From contig NIVC01000275.1 of the NCBI GenBank assembly GCA_002269645.1, forward strand, positions 1 through 64,000: a DNA stretch of 64,000 nt. The letters are read 5' to 3'. Shown here one piece after another: positions 26,201 through 43,978 of this stretch. How positions within the stretch are numbered: the first letter of the stretch is position 1; every line of letters starts with the position of its first letter. Position numbers and translations under genes: made by a program. The notes below the pieces were generated by a model. It was not told where the DNA came from. It worked only from the letters and a program-made list of their open reading frames with translations, and did not search any database. Source of the DNA: Macrostomum lignano (lineage: Eukaryota).

Positions 26201-28545
26201 ATCTGAGCAGCAGCCCAGCATCTCGGCCAGGGCAGCGTCCAGTCCGCCCGACGATCCCGCAGAGCCGGCGGCGCTGGCTGCGGAGGCGGCGGTGGACGAC
26301 ACGACAGCCGCGGCGGAGGTGCAGCGCCACTGGAGGTCCCGGGCATGAGCAGCTTCCTAGGGGAGGCGGAGAACAGATCCTCCAGATCGATGGGACAGTC
26401 GGACAGGCAGCTGACGTCCTGAGCGTCGGCTTCAGTGAATCCCGGCGGCGGGTTGAGTCGGCGAACAGGTCGGACACGGCCACCACGCTGGAGGACGGAG
26501 GCGTTGACAGCGGCTGGTGCTGCTGCTGCTGCTGCTGATGCGGCGGCGGCGATTGTGCAGCAGAGGCAGCCGGGTTAGATGGCTCTTTCTGTGGCGAGTA
26601 CTGAGTCGAGGCGGACACCTTGGCGACGCCGGAGACGGAGCTAACCAGCTGCAGCACCGTGCCCAGGCTCAGGCGGACCTTGTTGGGTCCCGTGATGGTG
26701 CCCTCCACCTGGAGGCGACGGGTAATTATCATAGTGCACCGCGGATACTGTTATATCCCATCTCAAACATCTTCCACTATCCAAACTCATCCCACATCTC
26801 CCATTATCTCACATCTCCCATTATCCCAACCCATCCCACATCTCCCATTATCTCAACCCATCCCCCATCTCCCATTATCCCAACCCATTCCACATCTGTC
26901 CATTATCCCAATTCCCAGCCCATCTCACATTTCCCATTATCCCAGCCCATCTCACATCTCCCATTATCCCAACCCATCTAACCTCAATATACGGCAGCTG
27001 GGAGTGGCCGGCGGCAGCGCCATCAATGGAAGCTGCGCCAGTTGCAGAGGCCGCTACGGCAGTGTCGGCATCGCTGGCTGCCACCTGCAGCCGGACGGCC
27101 TCTTCCAGTTCAGGATGCAGCTGCAGGCCGCTGCCTCCCCCACCGCCGCCGCCAGGTCGAGCGGGCAGCAGCCGGGCCAGGCCGAAGCCAACAAGAACGC
27201 CAGCTACGTCGCCTATGCGACGCGCCTAAAAAGTAGTAGTAAATAAATAATTAAAGTAATTGCAATTTGCCTACTGATAGTAGAGCAGCTAAAGTATTAG
27301 CATTATAACTACGCTCAATAAATAAATCTTGAAATCTACCTAATAATAGTAGAACAGTTGAAATATTAGCATTAAACCTACGCTAAATAAAAAAACATTG
27401 CAATCTGCCTACTAATAGTAGAACAGCTGAAATATTAGCATTAAACTTACGCAAAATAAATAAAATTTGCATTTTGCCTACTTATAGTAGAACAGCTGAA
27501 ATATTAGCATTGAACCTACGCTAAATAAATAAAGTTTGCATTTCGGCTACTGATAAGTAGAACAGCTGAAATGTTAATATTAATTAAAACTACGCTAAAT
27601 CGATAAAATTTGCACAGGCGCCAGCATACACACGCTCACACAGTGTGTACAGCTGTCCTGAATCGCACCACAGCCTCACAAATGAACGCGGCCACGCACG
27701 GAATCGAACCAGGGACCGTAGCGCTGCTCTGCTCCCCCAGACCCCAAACCCACCTGGCTAGGCTTGGCCAGTCCAGCTCGGACAGCGAAATCGGCCAGCA
27801 AGTCTAACGACAGCTGGTCATCAGGCCGGGCCAGCAGCAGCAGCTTCAGCACCGCCTGGCACAGTCTGTACAGCGCGGTCTCGTGATCGGCGCTGGAGGC
27901 CGGGCCAATACACGGCACCAAGTCGTCCTGGTCGGCCTGGGGATTGAACGTCACGGACGAGGAGCTGATTGGAGAATGAGCCGGCGGTTGCTGCTGCAAC
28001 TGGCGGAGAGCGGCAGCGTAGCCGTCCCGGATGGCGCAGTGGCGCAGGGCGCACAGGCAGGCAGTCAGGTAGCGCCTGCCGTACCACAGGTACTGGCCGC
28101 AGGAGTCATATTTCCTGGCCACCCCCGTGCCGGACAGCACGGAGCAGGCGTCCGCCAGCTGGCGACGGCTCAGACGGCGGGACTCGGCCAGTCCGGGCAC
28201 GGACAGCAGGCGGCTGTCCCGGACACTGCTCCGGTAGGGCAGCGCGTCGCATAATGCTCTGGTCACCTTCATCAGTGGATTGCTCAACGGAGTCCGTTCG
28301 CGACAGACAGTCGGCTGAGTCTGGCCAACAACAGCCGCCGTGTTGACTTGGCCGCAAAGCAGGACATCGTTTGAGCCGGATGATGAAGCCGACTGAAGCT
28401 GGACAGACTGGGAATGCGGCGGTTGAGCTGTCTGGTCACCGTGATGGTGGGCCAGATCGGCGGGGTGCGGGTTGGAGTGCAGCTGCTGGGGCAGGAACCA
28501 GTCGAATCCGGGCAGGGAGCAGTCCGACACGGCCGGGTAGTCCAT
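23205..28545 (-). CDS. Divergent atypical E2F (E2F7/8-like, two winged-helix DNA-binding domains); exons 28545-27754, 27225-26983, 26747-26175, 25423-25180, 23966-23205
   Basis: DBD1 LSVPGLAESRRLSRRQLADACSVLSGTGVARKYDSCGQYLWYGRRYL aligns by eye with E2F7/8 ISLDEVA..ERRRIYDIVNVLESL..V...NQYxWHGR. DBD2 LYRLCQAVLKLLL..LSLDLLA..ARRIGDVAGVL aligns with SLRIMSQKFVMLFL..VRRLYDIANVL. GT-AG phases 0, 0, 2, 0 are consistent if two single-base losses in exon 3 (~26451, ~26340) are errors. Confidence 0.7.
24050..25110. repeat. Intronic 20-bp tandem repeat (gccattttggctactagggt) with 280-bp higher-order structure
   Basis: Diagnostic variants recur at 280-bp spacing: ttagctactg at 24231/24511/24791 and gggcgccatt at 24301/24581/24861. 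Confidence 0.95.
25440..26130. repeat. Intronic 30-bp tandem repeat (attagtgaagccagtctggggatctgggag)
   Basis: About 23 highly homogeneous units. Confidence 0.95.
26770..26980. repeat. Intronic ~22-bp repeat (cccacatctcccattatccca)
   Basis: Between E2F-like exons 2 and 3. Confidence 0.85.
27270..27600. repeat. Degenerate ~75-bp AT-rich tandem repeat (cctactaatagtagaacagctgaaatattagcattaaacctacgct...)
   Basis: 4-5 copies in the first coding intron of the E2F-like gene. Confidence 0.75.
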
Positions 28546-28844
28546 GGCTGGGCTCCGGGCGAAGCTGCTGGATTAGAGGCGTTCAAGTAGGTGGCTGTGG
28601 GGTTTGCAGTTAATTGACTGCTACTCAAGTCTAAGCACTTCAATAGCTGAGTATATCTGTTTCTAGACAAGATTTGCATTTTCATCTCAAATACTGCACT
28701 TGTTTACTACAAATTCAAGCATATCCCATAGGCATAGAAGTATGAAAGAATTATAGCATATCTATTTTTAAGCACATCACTGTTTTAAGCACGTACTTGT
28801 CCAATTCTTATTTTTCTAATTTTCTAAGAGTTTCCTATTGAATA

Positions 28845-29515
28845 GTGCTCTCCCTGCCAACACTCCAGCTCTCCCTGCCAACACTCCAGCTCTCCCTGCC
28901 AACACTCCAGCTCTCCCTGCCAACACTCCAGCTCTTCCAATCACTCCAGCTCTTCCTGCTATCACTCCAGCTCTCCCTGCCAACACTCCAGCTCTTCCTG
29001 CTATCACTCCAGCTCTCCCTGCCATCACTCCAGCTCTTCCTGCTATCACTCCAGCTCTTCCTGCTATCACTCCAGCTCTCCCTGCCATCACTCCAGCTCT
29101 CCCTCCCATCACTCCAGCTCTCCCTGCTATCATTCCAGCTCTCCCTGCCATCACTCCAGCTCTCCCTGCTATCACTCCAGCTCTCCCTGCTATCACTCCA
29201 GCTCTCCCTGCCATCACTCCAGCTCTCCCTGCTATCACTCCAGCTCTCCCTGCTATCATTCCAGCTCTCCCTGCTATCACTCCAGCTCTCCCTGCTATCA
29301 CTCCAGCTCTCCCTGCCATCACTCCAGCTCTCCCTGCTATCATTCCAGCTCTCCCTGCTATCATTCCAGCTCTCCCTGCTATGATTCCAGCTCTCCCTGC
29401 CATCACTCCAGCTCTCCCTGCTATCATTCCAGCTCTCCCTGCCATCACTCCAGCTCTCCCTGCTATCATTCCAGCTCTCCCTGCCATCACTCCAGCTCTC
29501 CCTGCCATCACTCCA
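28845..29515. repeat. 21-bp tandem repeat (actccagctctccctgctatc)
   Basis: About 32 units, ~300 bp upstream of the E2F-like ATG. Confidence 0.95.
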
Positions 29516-29611
29516 GTTCAATTTTGCATATAGGCCATGCACTGCTTCTTCCAGGTTGACTGCATGCTTGGGCGCAACCTTGGGATTCACTCGGCCGCCT
29601 CTACCGGCAAC

Positions 29612-29850
29612 ACACACATGTAAGTCGCTATTGGACAGAATAGTAGTCACGTGACTGCTCTCAGCCAATAGCGACTTACATGTGTGTGCTGCCAATAGAA
29701 ACGGCCGGGTGATTCCCAAAGTTGCGCATGTATGTGACTGCTGGACACACATGTAAGTCGCCATTGGACAGAATAGTTGTCACGTGACTGATCTCAGCCA
29801 ATAGCGACTGACATGTGTGTTGCCAATAGAAACGGCCGGGTGATTCCTAG
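29612..29850. promoter_or_regulatory. Two tandem 133-bp palindromic cassettes, ATTGG-CACGTG-CCAAT plus a third CCAAT
   Basis: Perfect 23-bp inverted arms 29612-29634 and 29665-29687 around agtCACGTGact; second copy with arms 29745-29767 and 29798-29820. Confidence 0.55.
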
Positions 29851-32800
29851 GGTTGCGCCTAAGCATGTAGGTGACACTTTCCTGCTGCCTTTTGACTACT
29901 AGCAGCTAAGTCAAGTGAGTCAAGCCTCTAATCAATACTTTCTATCTCTCAAACTATACCTCCCTAGTCTACTTTCTTTTGTGGTCTATGCTTTCTTCCT
30001 TGGTCTATGCTTTTTCTATTGACATATTTACAATGCAGATAGGATCTTAATAACCTTGGCTTACATAAACCCCCTGATTTACACTGACCATGCAACTTAC
30101 TTTTTGACCAAAAATGCAACTTACCAGTGAAAAAATGCTAAACAATTAATGCAATTTTGGGTAAACTGCAGGAGTAACTGTTGTGTATTGCAAAGGCATG
30201 TAATGCGTAGGGATAGTTCGGGGACAGCGTTTCTAGAAACTTCCACCGCGGACTTGTTTATGCATAGTTCCAGAAGTTTCCTTTCCTGGTCTTTCTAGAA
30301 CTTTCCTTCCCCACATGCATAAATATACGAGCCGCCCTCCTATTGGCCAAGCCTTCTTTTGGTGCCACTGAGCGCCCGGATAATTATCTATCTTATTTCT
30401 GCATTTGTTAATTCAACAACAGAACAGTAACTATGGCTGTATTATTAAGGCTAAATGCCTCGTCATCAAATTAGTACTACATTTGTATTACCTTAGGTAG
30501 GCATTTTTGCAACTTAGACCTAGTTTACCACAATTTATGGTGGCCGGATTGGCCAGGTTGGCCAGTGGTTGCACATGCATGTTGGCTTATTGCTTATAGG
30601 TCAAAAAGTATATACATATACTATATGATATACTATTAACAAAATTTCTATTCTTTTGCTTAGTCTCTTAGACTTAGCATTTATAGTCCAAATCATAGCA
30701 AGCACATGCTAGAATAGAAATTCTCATTTTTAAATTCTATACCAATGTAAAGTTAAAAAAGTATGCCAAGAATAAAGTTGCTTATATAGCAAATATTTTT
30801 TAATATAATCTTTGATTTAAAAATTAAATGCTATTTCATTGGCATTAGTTTCCATTTTTAAAAAGCTTTTAAGAGAGGTTGTTTATTTAGAATCCTTGCC
30901 AATGTCTAAGCAACCAGTTTGCTTTTTCTTGCTAAGTTTTGTTTGAACACACTGCACCTACATTTACCATTCTAATATATTTAAACTATCATTTCTGATA
31001 AGATTAAATAAGCAAGCTTTTGCTAAGCACCTTACTTATTTGCCAAGAACTAAGAGCAAATGATAATTGGCCAAGTGAAAGCCAAACAAGCAGACAAATA
31101 GTCTAAAAGCCAATAGCAGAAAAGCAGAAAAAAAGGCATTATTTGCAAAGACAAAAAAGAGATATATCCCAATATTTTAAAACTTAACCTACCAATAGAA
31201 AGTCATGAATAGACAAAGGCCAATTCAGACAATAAAAGAGAAATTCACTAGGCAACCTCAGTCCATTGGGAATGCCACTGAGGGACTTAATCATGGCTAT
31301 GGGACTTAGCTACATGTTTTAGTATAGAGATTAGCTAAATCAGTGTTTTAACACTCAGGTATTATATGCTAGTAGGACAATCTATTTTTATGAGTCTAGA
31401 ATAATTAAGTTAGGATAAGAAAAGAAACTCTAGGAAAATTAAATATCTATAATAATAAGACATCAAAATAAAAGAATTAGAACTATATATCAACTTAGTA
31501 TTAATAATCAAAATAAAAAAATACAAGGGGCCTATAGTAAAATTTCCCTGCAATAACTTGATGGCATCTATAGGATATTTGAAGTAAATAACCTAAAGTT
31601 CCCCTTAGACACTTTCATTGATCAAAATTTAGCTAGCCTATATATATATATATATATTGGAATAATTATAGGCACAGTGATGGTGTCTATAAGTATAGAG
31701 CTTATAGGCATGGTGGCCATGTCTATAATATTTAACAAGAGTAACACTAAATTTTGAAATGCAACCACAATTAAATATGTAGCTATATCTATAAGTATTC
31801 AAACTTACAGATTATTAGGCCCTACATATTTTATATTATAAGAAGTTTGCTACATTTTTGTTCATGTATGTCTTCAGTTTAAAGTATGACAATAGGTATT
31901 ATGTTTTTATTTTTTATGTATTTAGCCTAAATATTAAGAACTAAGAAGCTTATTGGACCATATTTAGTTTAGTTGTTGTCTTGTTAGGTAAGGAATATTA
32001 TTACAAATGTCATTGGCTTTAGTAAGGCTAGTGGGGGGGGGGGGCTTGCTGCCCCACACCCCATGGCTTTAGTAAGGCTATATAAGGTTTAACTTATGAC
32101 AAAGTGCAGCCAATATGTATCAAAAAAAATCTTTTGAGATTTCTTTTTCAGTAGTTACATATATAATTGTGGCCACACTTTCAGATTTAGTGTTACTCTT
32201 AAAATTTTATTTAGATCCTATTCAATTTAAAAATTTTCAAATTATAAAAAGCTCTAACCACTTGGGATTCAAACCTTTTCACGCAATCACAAGGAAATTA
32301 ACTTATCCACTAAGCTACCATTTGCTTATGAGAGAGCCCTACAGAACACAATTTTATATTGATGATTATATACATGTTGGCCATGCCTAAAAGCTCCAAT
32401 ATTATAGACACAGCCACCCACCATGTCTTTAAGTATGAACCCATTCAATATTAATGACATGGCCACTCACTGACCACTGTGTCTCTAAGTATGAACCTAT
32501 TCAATACTAATGACATAGCCACTATGCAAGTTTCATTGACATAGCCGCCATAATTATAATGCAGAAACAAATTCTGCAGGTGGCCATGTCTATAAGTATA
32601 GACCTAGTCACTATTAAAGACATGGCTGCCGTGTCTCTAGTCTAAGTGTGGCATATAATATATTTGCCAAACCTAAACTTGGCTATTTTTGTATATTAAA
32701 TGATTAATATAGATAGACCAATTTATATATAAAAATTTTATATTCCAGAATATATAAAACTATATCAAAATTAAATAGTAATACATTTATAATTATACTT

Positions 32801-33377
32801 TGTGGCTAGGCCTAGTCAGTACATTTTTTAAATTATATTTTTATATAATTTTAATGAAAATCTGTCAATTATGCCATATGTCTAACATGCTAATTGCAAT
32901 TGACAGGCCTTATCCTATGGAACTATGACTATGCCTATGCCTTATTGACTAGTTATATTTAATTTGGTGGCAAGAAAGACATAGAACATAGGTGCCAAGG
33001 AATTGTTGAGATGTCGACCAAGACCAGGGGAATTGCTATTGCTTGGGTGTCAAGGCGAATAGGATTCATATAAATATTTTTGTCCCTTGCTTGTTGGGCG
33101 CCCAAAAGGGGGCACTAGATTGCTAGTTGGGCCTGATTAGGTATTCACTGTATTGGGTATTCGCTCCTGCTCATAGGAATAATACGAATAGAATCGGATT
33201 TTTTGGTTCCTTGCAATTGTTAATTCCTAGAAATGTTCCCAGACATTCGGTTTAAAACTGCGGCTAAGATTAACAAGGTGAACGAGTAACCCACACGTAA
33301 AATATTTTTACCTTGCTGAGCAGTAATTTTTTTCAATAAAAAACTAAGATACGTTTTCTTTGCGAAATTTTTTTTTC

Positions 33378-33409
33378 GTTACTTAGGAACTTACAGTTGC
33401 TATGATAAA
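33378..33409. promoter_or_regulatory. Two imperfect RFX X-box-like motifs upstream of EFHC1
   Basis: GTTACTTAGGAAC (33378-33390) and GTTGCTATGATAAA (33396-33409), 100-130 bp before the ATG. Motile-cilia genes are known RFX targets. Confidence 0.4.
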
Positions 33410-33507
33410 ATTAAATTGATTTGGATTCTTTACTTCACAACATTTTTGTTTGCAGTCTTCACTTTTACTCTACCTATTTCTGAATCATAAAAGCGTATAA
33501 AGAAGAC

Positions 33508-39966
<6,459 letters not shown>

Positions 39967-41177
39967 ACAGACCGCGGGGGACGCCGCCTGCTTTGGCAGC
40001 CGAGAGGCATCGCTTAATTAATTATTTTGTTTAAAATTGTCTCACCTTGCTGCGACTGAACTTATTCGTACTGATACGGTAGCGAATGCACCTCGCCAAG
40101 CCCGACCCAACCTACTATCGCAAAGATATCTTTTGTTTCCTTCGTCTCGCTATAGAAGTTGCGTTCAGTGCTTGTTTGTGCCTTGAAGCCTAATTTATTT
40201 AATGTAATCATCAGGGGTTTAAATAGCTGAATGCTAAAACGACTAATTTGAGCATCTCTTCAACCAAAGCACTGTTCTTAAATTTCGATAAATGGTTTAA
40301 AAAACTAATTAACTCATAAAGCTGTTAAAACAACTAAATTTAAAGTCGGATATTTAAGAAAGCGCGAAATTTGTTTTTATCGCATGCCGTTAAAATTTCC
40401 GGGTTTATTTTTTCCAAACGTTAATTGTACATTTGTACAATAAGCTCGATAGCTGTCCTCTCTACAGAATCCCAAAATTGTCTTTGACTGCTGCTGAGAT
40501 CCAAGCTGAAAATGCAGACGTCTAGTGGAATTCAGAAAATTTCTCTTAAATGTTTTTGTCTCCGTGACGAAAATACACTATTTGGTTATTGACATATTCG
40601 CTTTCTTATACGAGCATTATCGTGAGTCGACAAGTTTACAAATTAAGTAAATTACATCCTCTTTTATGCATGTAACTGCATTTTCGTGCCATCATGATGA
40701 TACGTACGAAATATTGAAGTGCTGATGCGAAATATTGAAGCAGCATAGAGTGGAATTGACAGCAAACCCTTAAACACAAGGAGGGAGTATTGGACAATAT
40801 ATAATCGATTACACAATATAGATTCTTAGAATCCTTCAGTAAACTGAATGTAGTAACGCCTCATCCTGCAGTTTCTGCAGACAATGACCCTCTCCAAGCG
40901 CTCAAACGGCCGGAGACCTGATAGCCAAAATGGTTGTTGAAAGAAGACAAAAGATCAGGAGAAGAGCAGGCCTATTATGTTAAAAGCAAAACTGTTGATT
41001 TTATCGTCTCAAGCACCAACCATTATTGGCGCGACAGAAGCATCGAATAAAACAAACATTACCGACCAGAAAGTGGGTAGCAGTACAGATAAAAACCCGT
41101 CAGGAAAGTTCTAACAAACGAGAGGTCCACGAATCCGAGACACCGTGCAGGTTGAATCGAAAAGTCAAATGCTGTAA

Positions 41178-41951
41178 ATGCAGCTCTATTGCAATTTCAT
41201 ATTGCTGCTGTGGACTGCCGCCCCCTTGCTTGAGGCAAACAGTTTCTCAGTCGAGCAGTTCTATTCAACTACAGGGCTGGACTGCGTGAGCCCCAGCTTT
41301 ACTAGGACTTTGGAAACATGCAAATTGTTCCACTGCAGTGCCCATTGCGCCAAGATGACCAACTGCCAAGCTTTTACAATGGAGACGAATGGCCACTGCC
41401 TGTGCAAACTGTTCCTGTTCGACGCGTGCAGCCACCGAGTGCAGTCAGTGCCGAACTGCACCAACCAGGTCACCGTGTACGTCAGGTCTCCGCCTGGCGT
41501 GCCTCTGGGCCGCCTGTGCCCGCCCGGCTACCAGTACACTCGATTCGGTACTTCGTACAAGTTTGTCATGGAGGAGCAAGTCAACTGGATCACCGCCAAT
41601 CAAAGATGCAGCGCAGAGGCTGGGCTGTCCAAGTTCGCTGACGCTATCGATGCTGACGAGGCGAGCTACCTGCTGCAGCTGCAGCGCCAGATCGTGCCAG
41701 GCGCTTCGGTGGCCGACTTTTTTCTCGGCGGACGGCAATCAGCCGAGTTCACACCGCGATCTGACGGCTGGTTCTGGTCTGCCTGCAACCGCTCGGTGGA
41801 CTCTGGGATCTGGCACCCTGGCCAACCCGACGGTAAATTCCCTGTAGCCAGCTGCACTGCTCTCTACAGACACTTTCCTTCTGGACTCGATGATTATTTC
41901 TGCAATAAGAACACCTCCTACATCTGCGAGTGCCAGTCTGTGTTTAATTAA
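41178..41951 (+). CDS. Secreted PAN/apple + C-type lectin domain protein, intronless, 257 aa
   Basis: Hydrophobic N-terminal signal-like segment; PAN-like CSAHCAKMTNCQAF; CTLD motifs NWITANQRC, FFLGG, W-x-W, WHPGQPDG, SCTAL, DDYFC and YICEC. Confidence 0.85.
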   Translation: MQLYCNFILLLWTAAPLLEANSFSVEQFYSTTGLDCVSPSFTRTLETCKLFHCSAHCAKMTNCQAFTMETNGHCLCKLFLFDACSHRVQSVPNCTNQVTVYVRSPPGVPLGRLCPPGYQYTRFGTSYKFVMEEQVNWITANQRCSAEAGLSKFADAIDADEASYLLQLQRQIVPGASVADFFLGGRQSAEFTPRSDGWFWSACNRSVDSGIWHPGQPDGKFPVASCTALYRHFPSGLDDYFCNKNTSYICECQSVFN

Positions 41952-42509
41952 GACTGCAGAGAGCAATTTGAGTTCGTTAAAATTTTCAAGCTCCAGCCAG
42001 AAGATTTGAAGATTGATAAATCGCTACCCTCATTAAACCATGAGCACCTGGATGTTGTCAATGCCTATTGAAATTGTTGACTAGATAAATACACATGTAA
42101 TGTACATGTGCAGTTCATGTACAGACGGGTGTATCAAAAAAACTTTCCTCTCACGCGCTCCCACGCGTAGTTGCAGCAACATTGATATTTTCATTTGACA
42201 CAGAGTAAAACAAGAACTTCGCAATGACACTTCATATGTGCTAGGCCTTGCGCAGGTCTCGATATAGACATTGACGTTTCTCCCTGACAAGAAGTCAGAC
42301 AAGAAGAGCAAAACAAGAGTCAATTTAATGAAACGATATATTGTCTCAAAAATACTGTCACGTGCTGCTCAAGTACAATACTTTTGTTGCTTTAACGAAT
42401 CGACTCAGTCTCAATCGTGGACACTTAGTGCGAGCCTTTGCTCTTTTTACCTCTATTCGTCGGTTAACCCGAAGCTCTCAATTCCTTTTCACCTTTTTAT
42501 TTCTCGTCT

Positions 42510-42702
42510 GCTAGCGCCAGCACCAGAGGCGCCAGCACCAGAGGCGCCAGCACCAGAGGCGCCAGCACCAGAGGCGCCAGCACCAGAGGCGCCAGCACCA
42601 GAGGCGCCAGCACCAGAGGCGCCAGCACCAGAGGCGCCAGCACCAGAGGCGCCAGCACCAGAGGCGCCAGCACCAGAGGCGCCAGCACCAGAGGCGCCAG
42701 CA
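42510..42702. repeat. 15-bp tandem repeat (gaggcgccagcacca)
   Basis: About 12 perfect units. Confidence 0.95.
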
Positions 42703-42761
42703 TTTTGTCCTTGTGTCTACGCTCGCGTTCGCTTTGCACAGAAATTGTATACCATAGATAT

Positions 42762-43355
42762 CAGGGGTCGGCGAAATTTTTATCTTAAGGGCCAGATAAA
42801 AAATCCAGCTCATGACCGCGGGCCAGATGAGAGTGCATGGAAAGTAGAGAAAATAGTAAAATATGAGAGAAGAAAGGAAAGGCAAGAGATGGGATAAGAG
42901 AAAAGATAGAAAGATCAAAGAGAAGAGGAGGGAGAGAGAGGGGAGGGGGCGAGGAGAGTTGACAGAATAGGGGAGAGAGGAGAGATGAGAGAAGAGAACG
43001 GAGGAGAGTACAGAGTGGAGAGATAGAGAAAAAAGGAGAGAGGAGAGATAAGAGGGGAGAGAGGAGAGAGAAGATGGAGACAGAGGGGAGGGGGTAAGGA
43101 GGGTCGACAGAATAGGGGAGAGAGGAGAGATGAGATCAGAGAGAAGGGAGAGTGGAGAGGGGAGAGAGATCGAGGGAAAAGGAGAGAGCTGGAGAGAGAA
43201 GAGGGGAGAAAGGAGAGAGAAGAGGGAGAGAAGAGGAATGAGAAGGAAGCAGAGAAGAGCCACACATTAAAAGGGCCGGATTGCTATTGTGAAGTTTCCT
43301 GAGGGCCGGATCTAGAGGCTTGGCGGCTCTCGCATGTCGGAGTTTACCGACCCTG
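42762..43355. mobile_element. hAT/Charlie-like MITE with GA-rich core
   Basis: Ends CAGGGGTCGGCGAA ... GTTTACCGACCCTG resemble MER58-type TIRs, with subterminal gggccgg/gggccag motifs. No clean TSD. Confidence 0.65.
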
Positions 43356-43978
43356 CAATAAATTATAATCATAAATTGCGCTTACAATGTAAAAAACAAT
43401 TCACAAAATCAAACAAAAGTTTAAAATTCTTGGCAGATCCAAAAACTTTAAGACTAGATTTTTTAAATCCCAAAACTGGGCGTTTTTAGAGTTGGTGTAG
43501 CGCGCAACACACCTGCCCATTGCTAATCAACCAGATTGACACACCTGTCGATTGCTAATCAACCAAATTGCAATAACATTTTAGACTCTAGTTGCTTCTC
43601 CTTATTAAAAAGAACGTAAAACAACTTAGTTCATTAATGAAAATACGTTCTAGCTTTTTATACCTTAATGTTTGTTTATTCGCATAGGAACCAAACCAGA
43701 TTTTTTCTAGGAACTCTTCGAAACTGGTTTTTTGAATAAGTGCCAGGCCTGCAGCAGGGGTTCGCCGACTTTGCAGTTCGGAGTTGTCTTACTTTGACAT
43801 CCTTTCTTTAAAGTCGACGCCTCCTATGTGATGTTAGTGGATGAAGTATAATAATATAGTACATTTGACTCTTGCACCCAGTTCTTAGGAATCAACTTCT
43901 TTTTTTTCTAACTTAGATCTGCATCTGAATATTATTTGTATGCGAAGACCCAGACAAGAGCTCTTTTAACGCTTAAAA

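Noticed and set aside
26330-26455. Two frameshifts in E2F-like exon 3 as evidence of decay
   Set aside because: Both are single-base losses in 3-base G/C runs, and correcting them gives a continuous frame matching the next exon's phase.
25176-29764. Long repetitive ORFs (ISEASLGIWE, PALPAIT, SWSDSRE and similar); likewise 12247-12891, 13535-14362, 17195-18337, 18876-20186, 36179-36685
   Set aside because: They are stop-free by-products of short tandem units, open in several frames or on both strands, and mostly inside defined introns.
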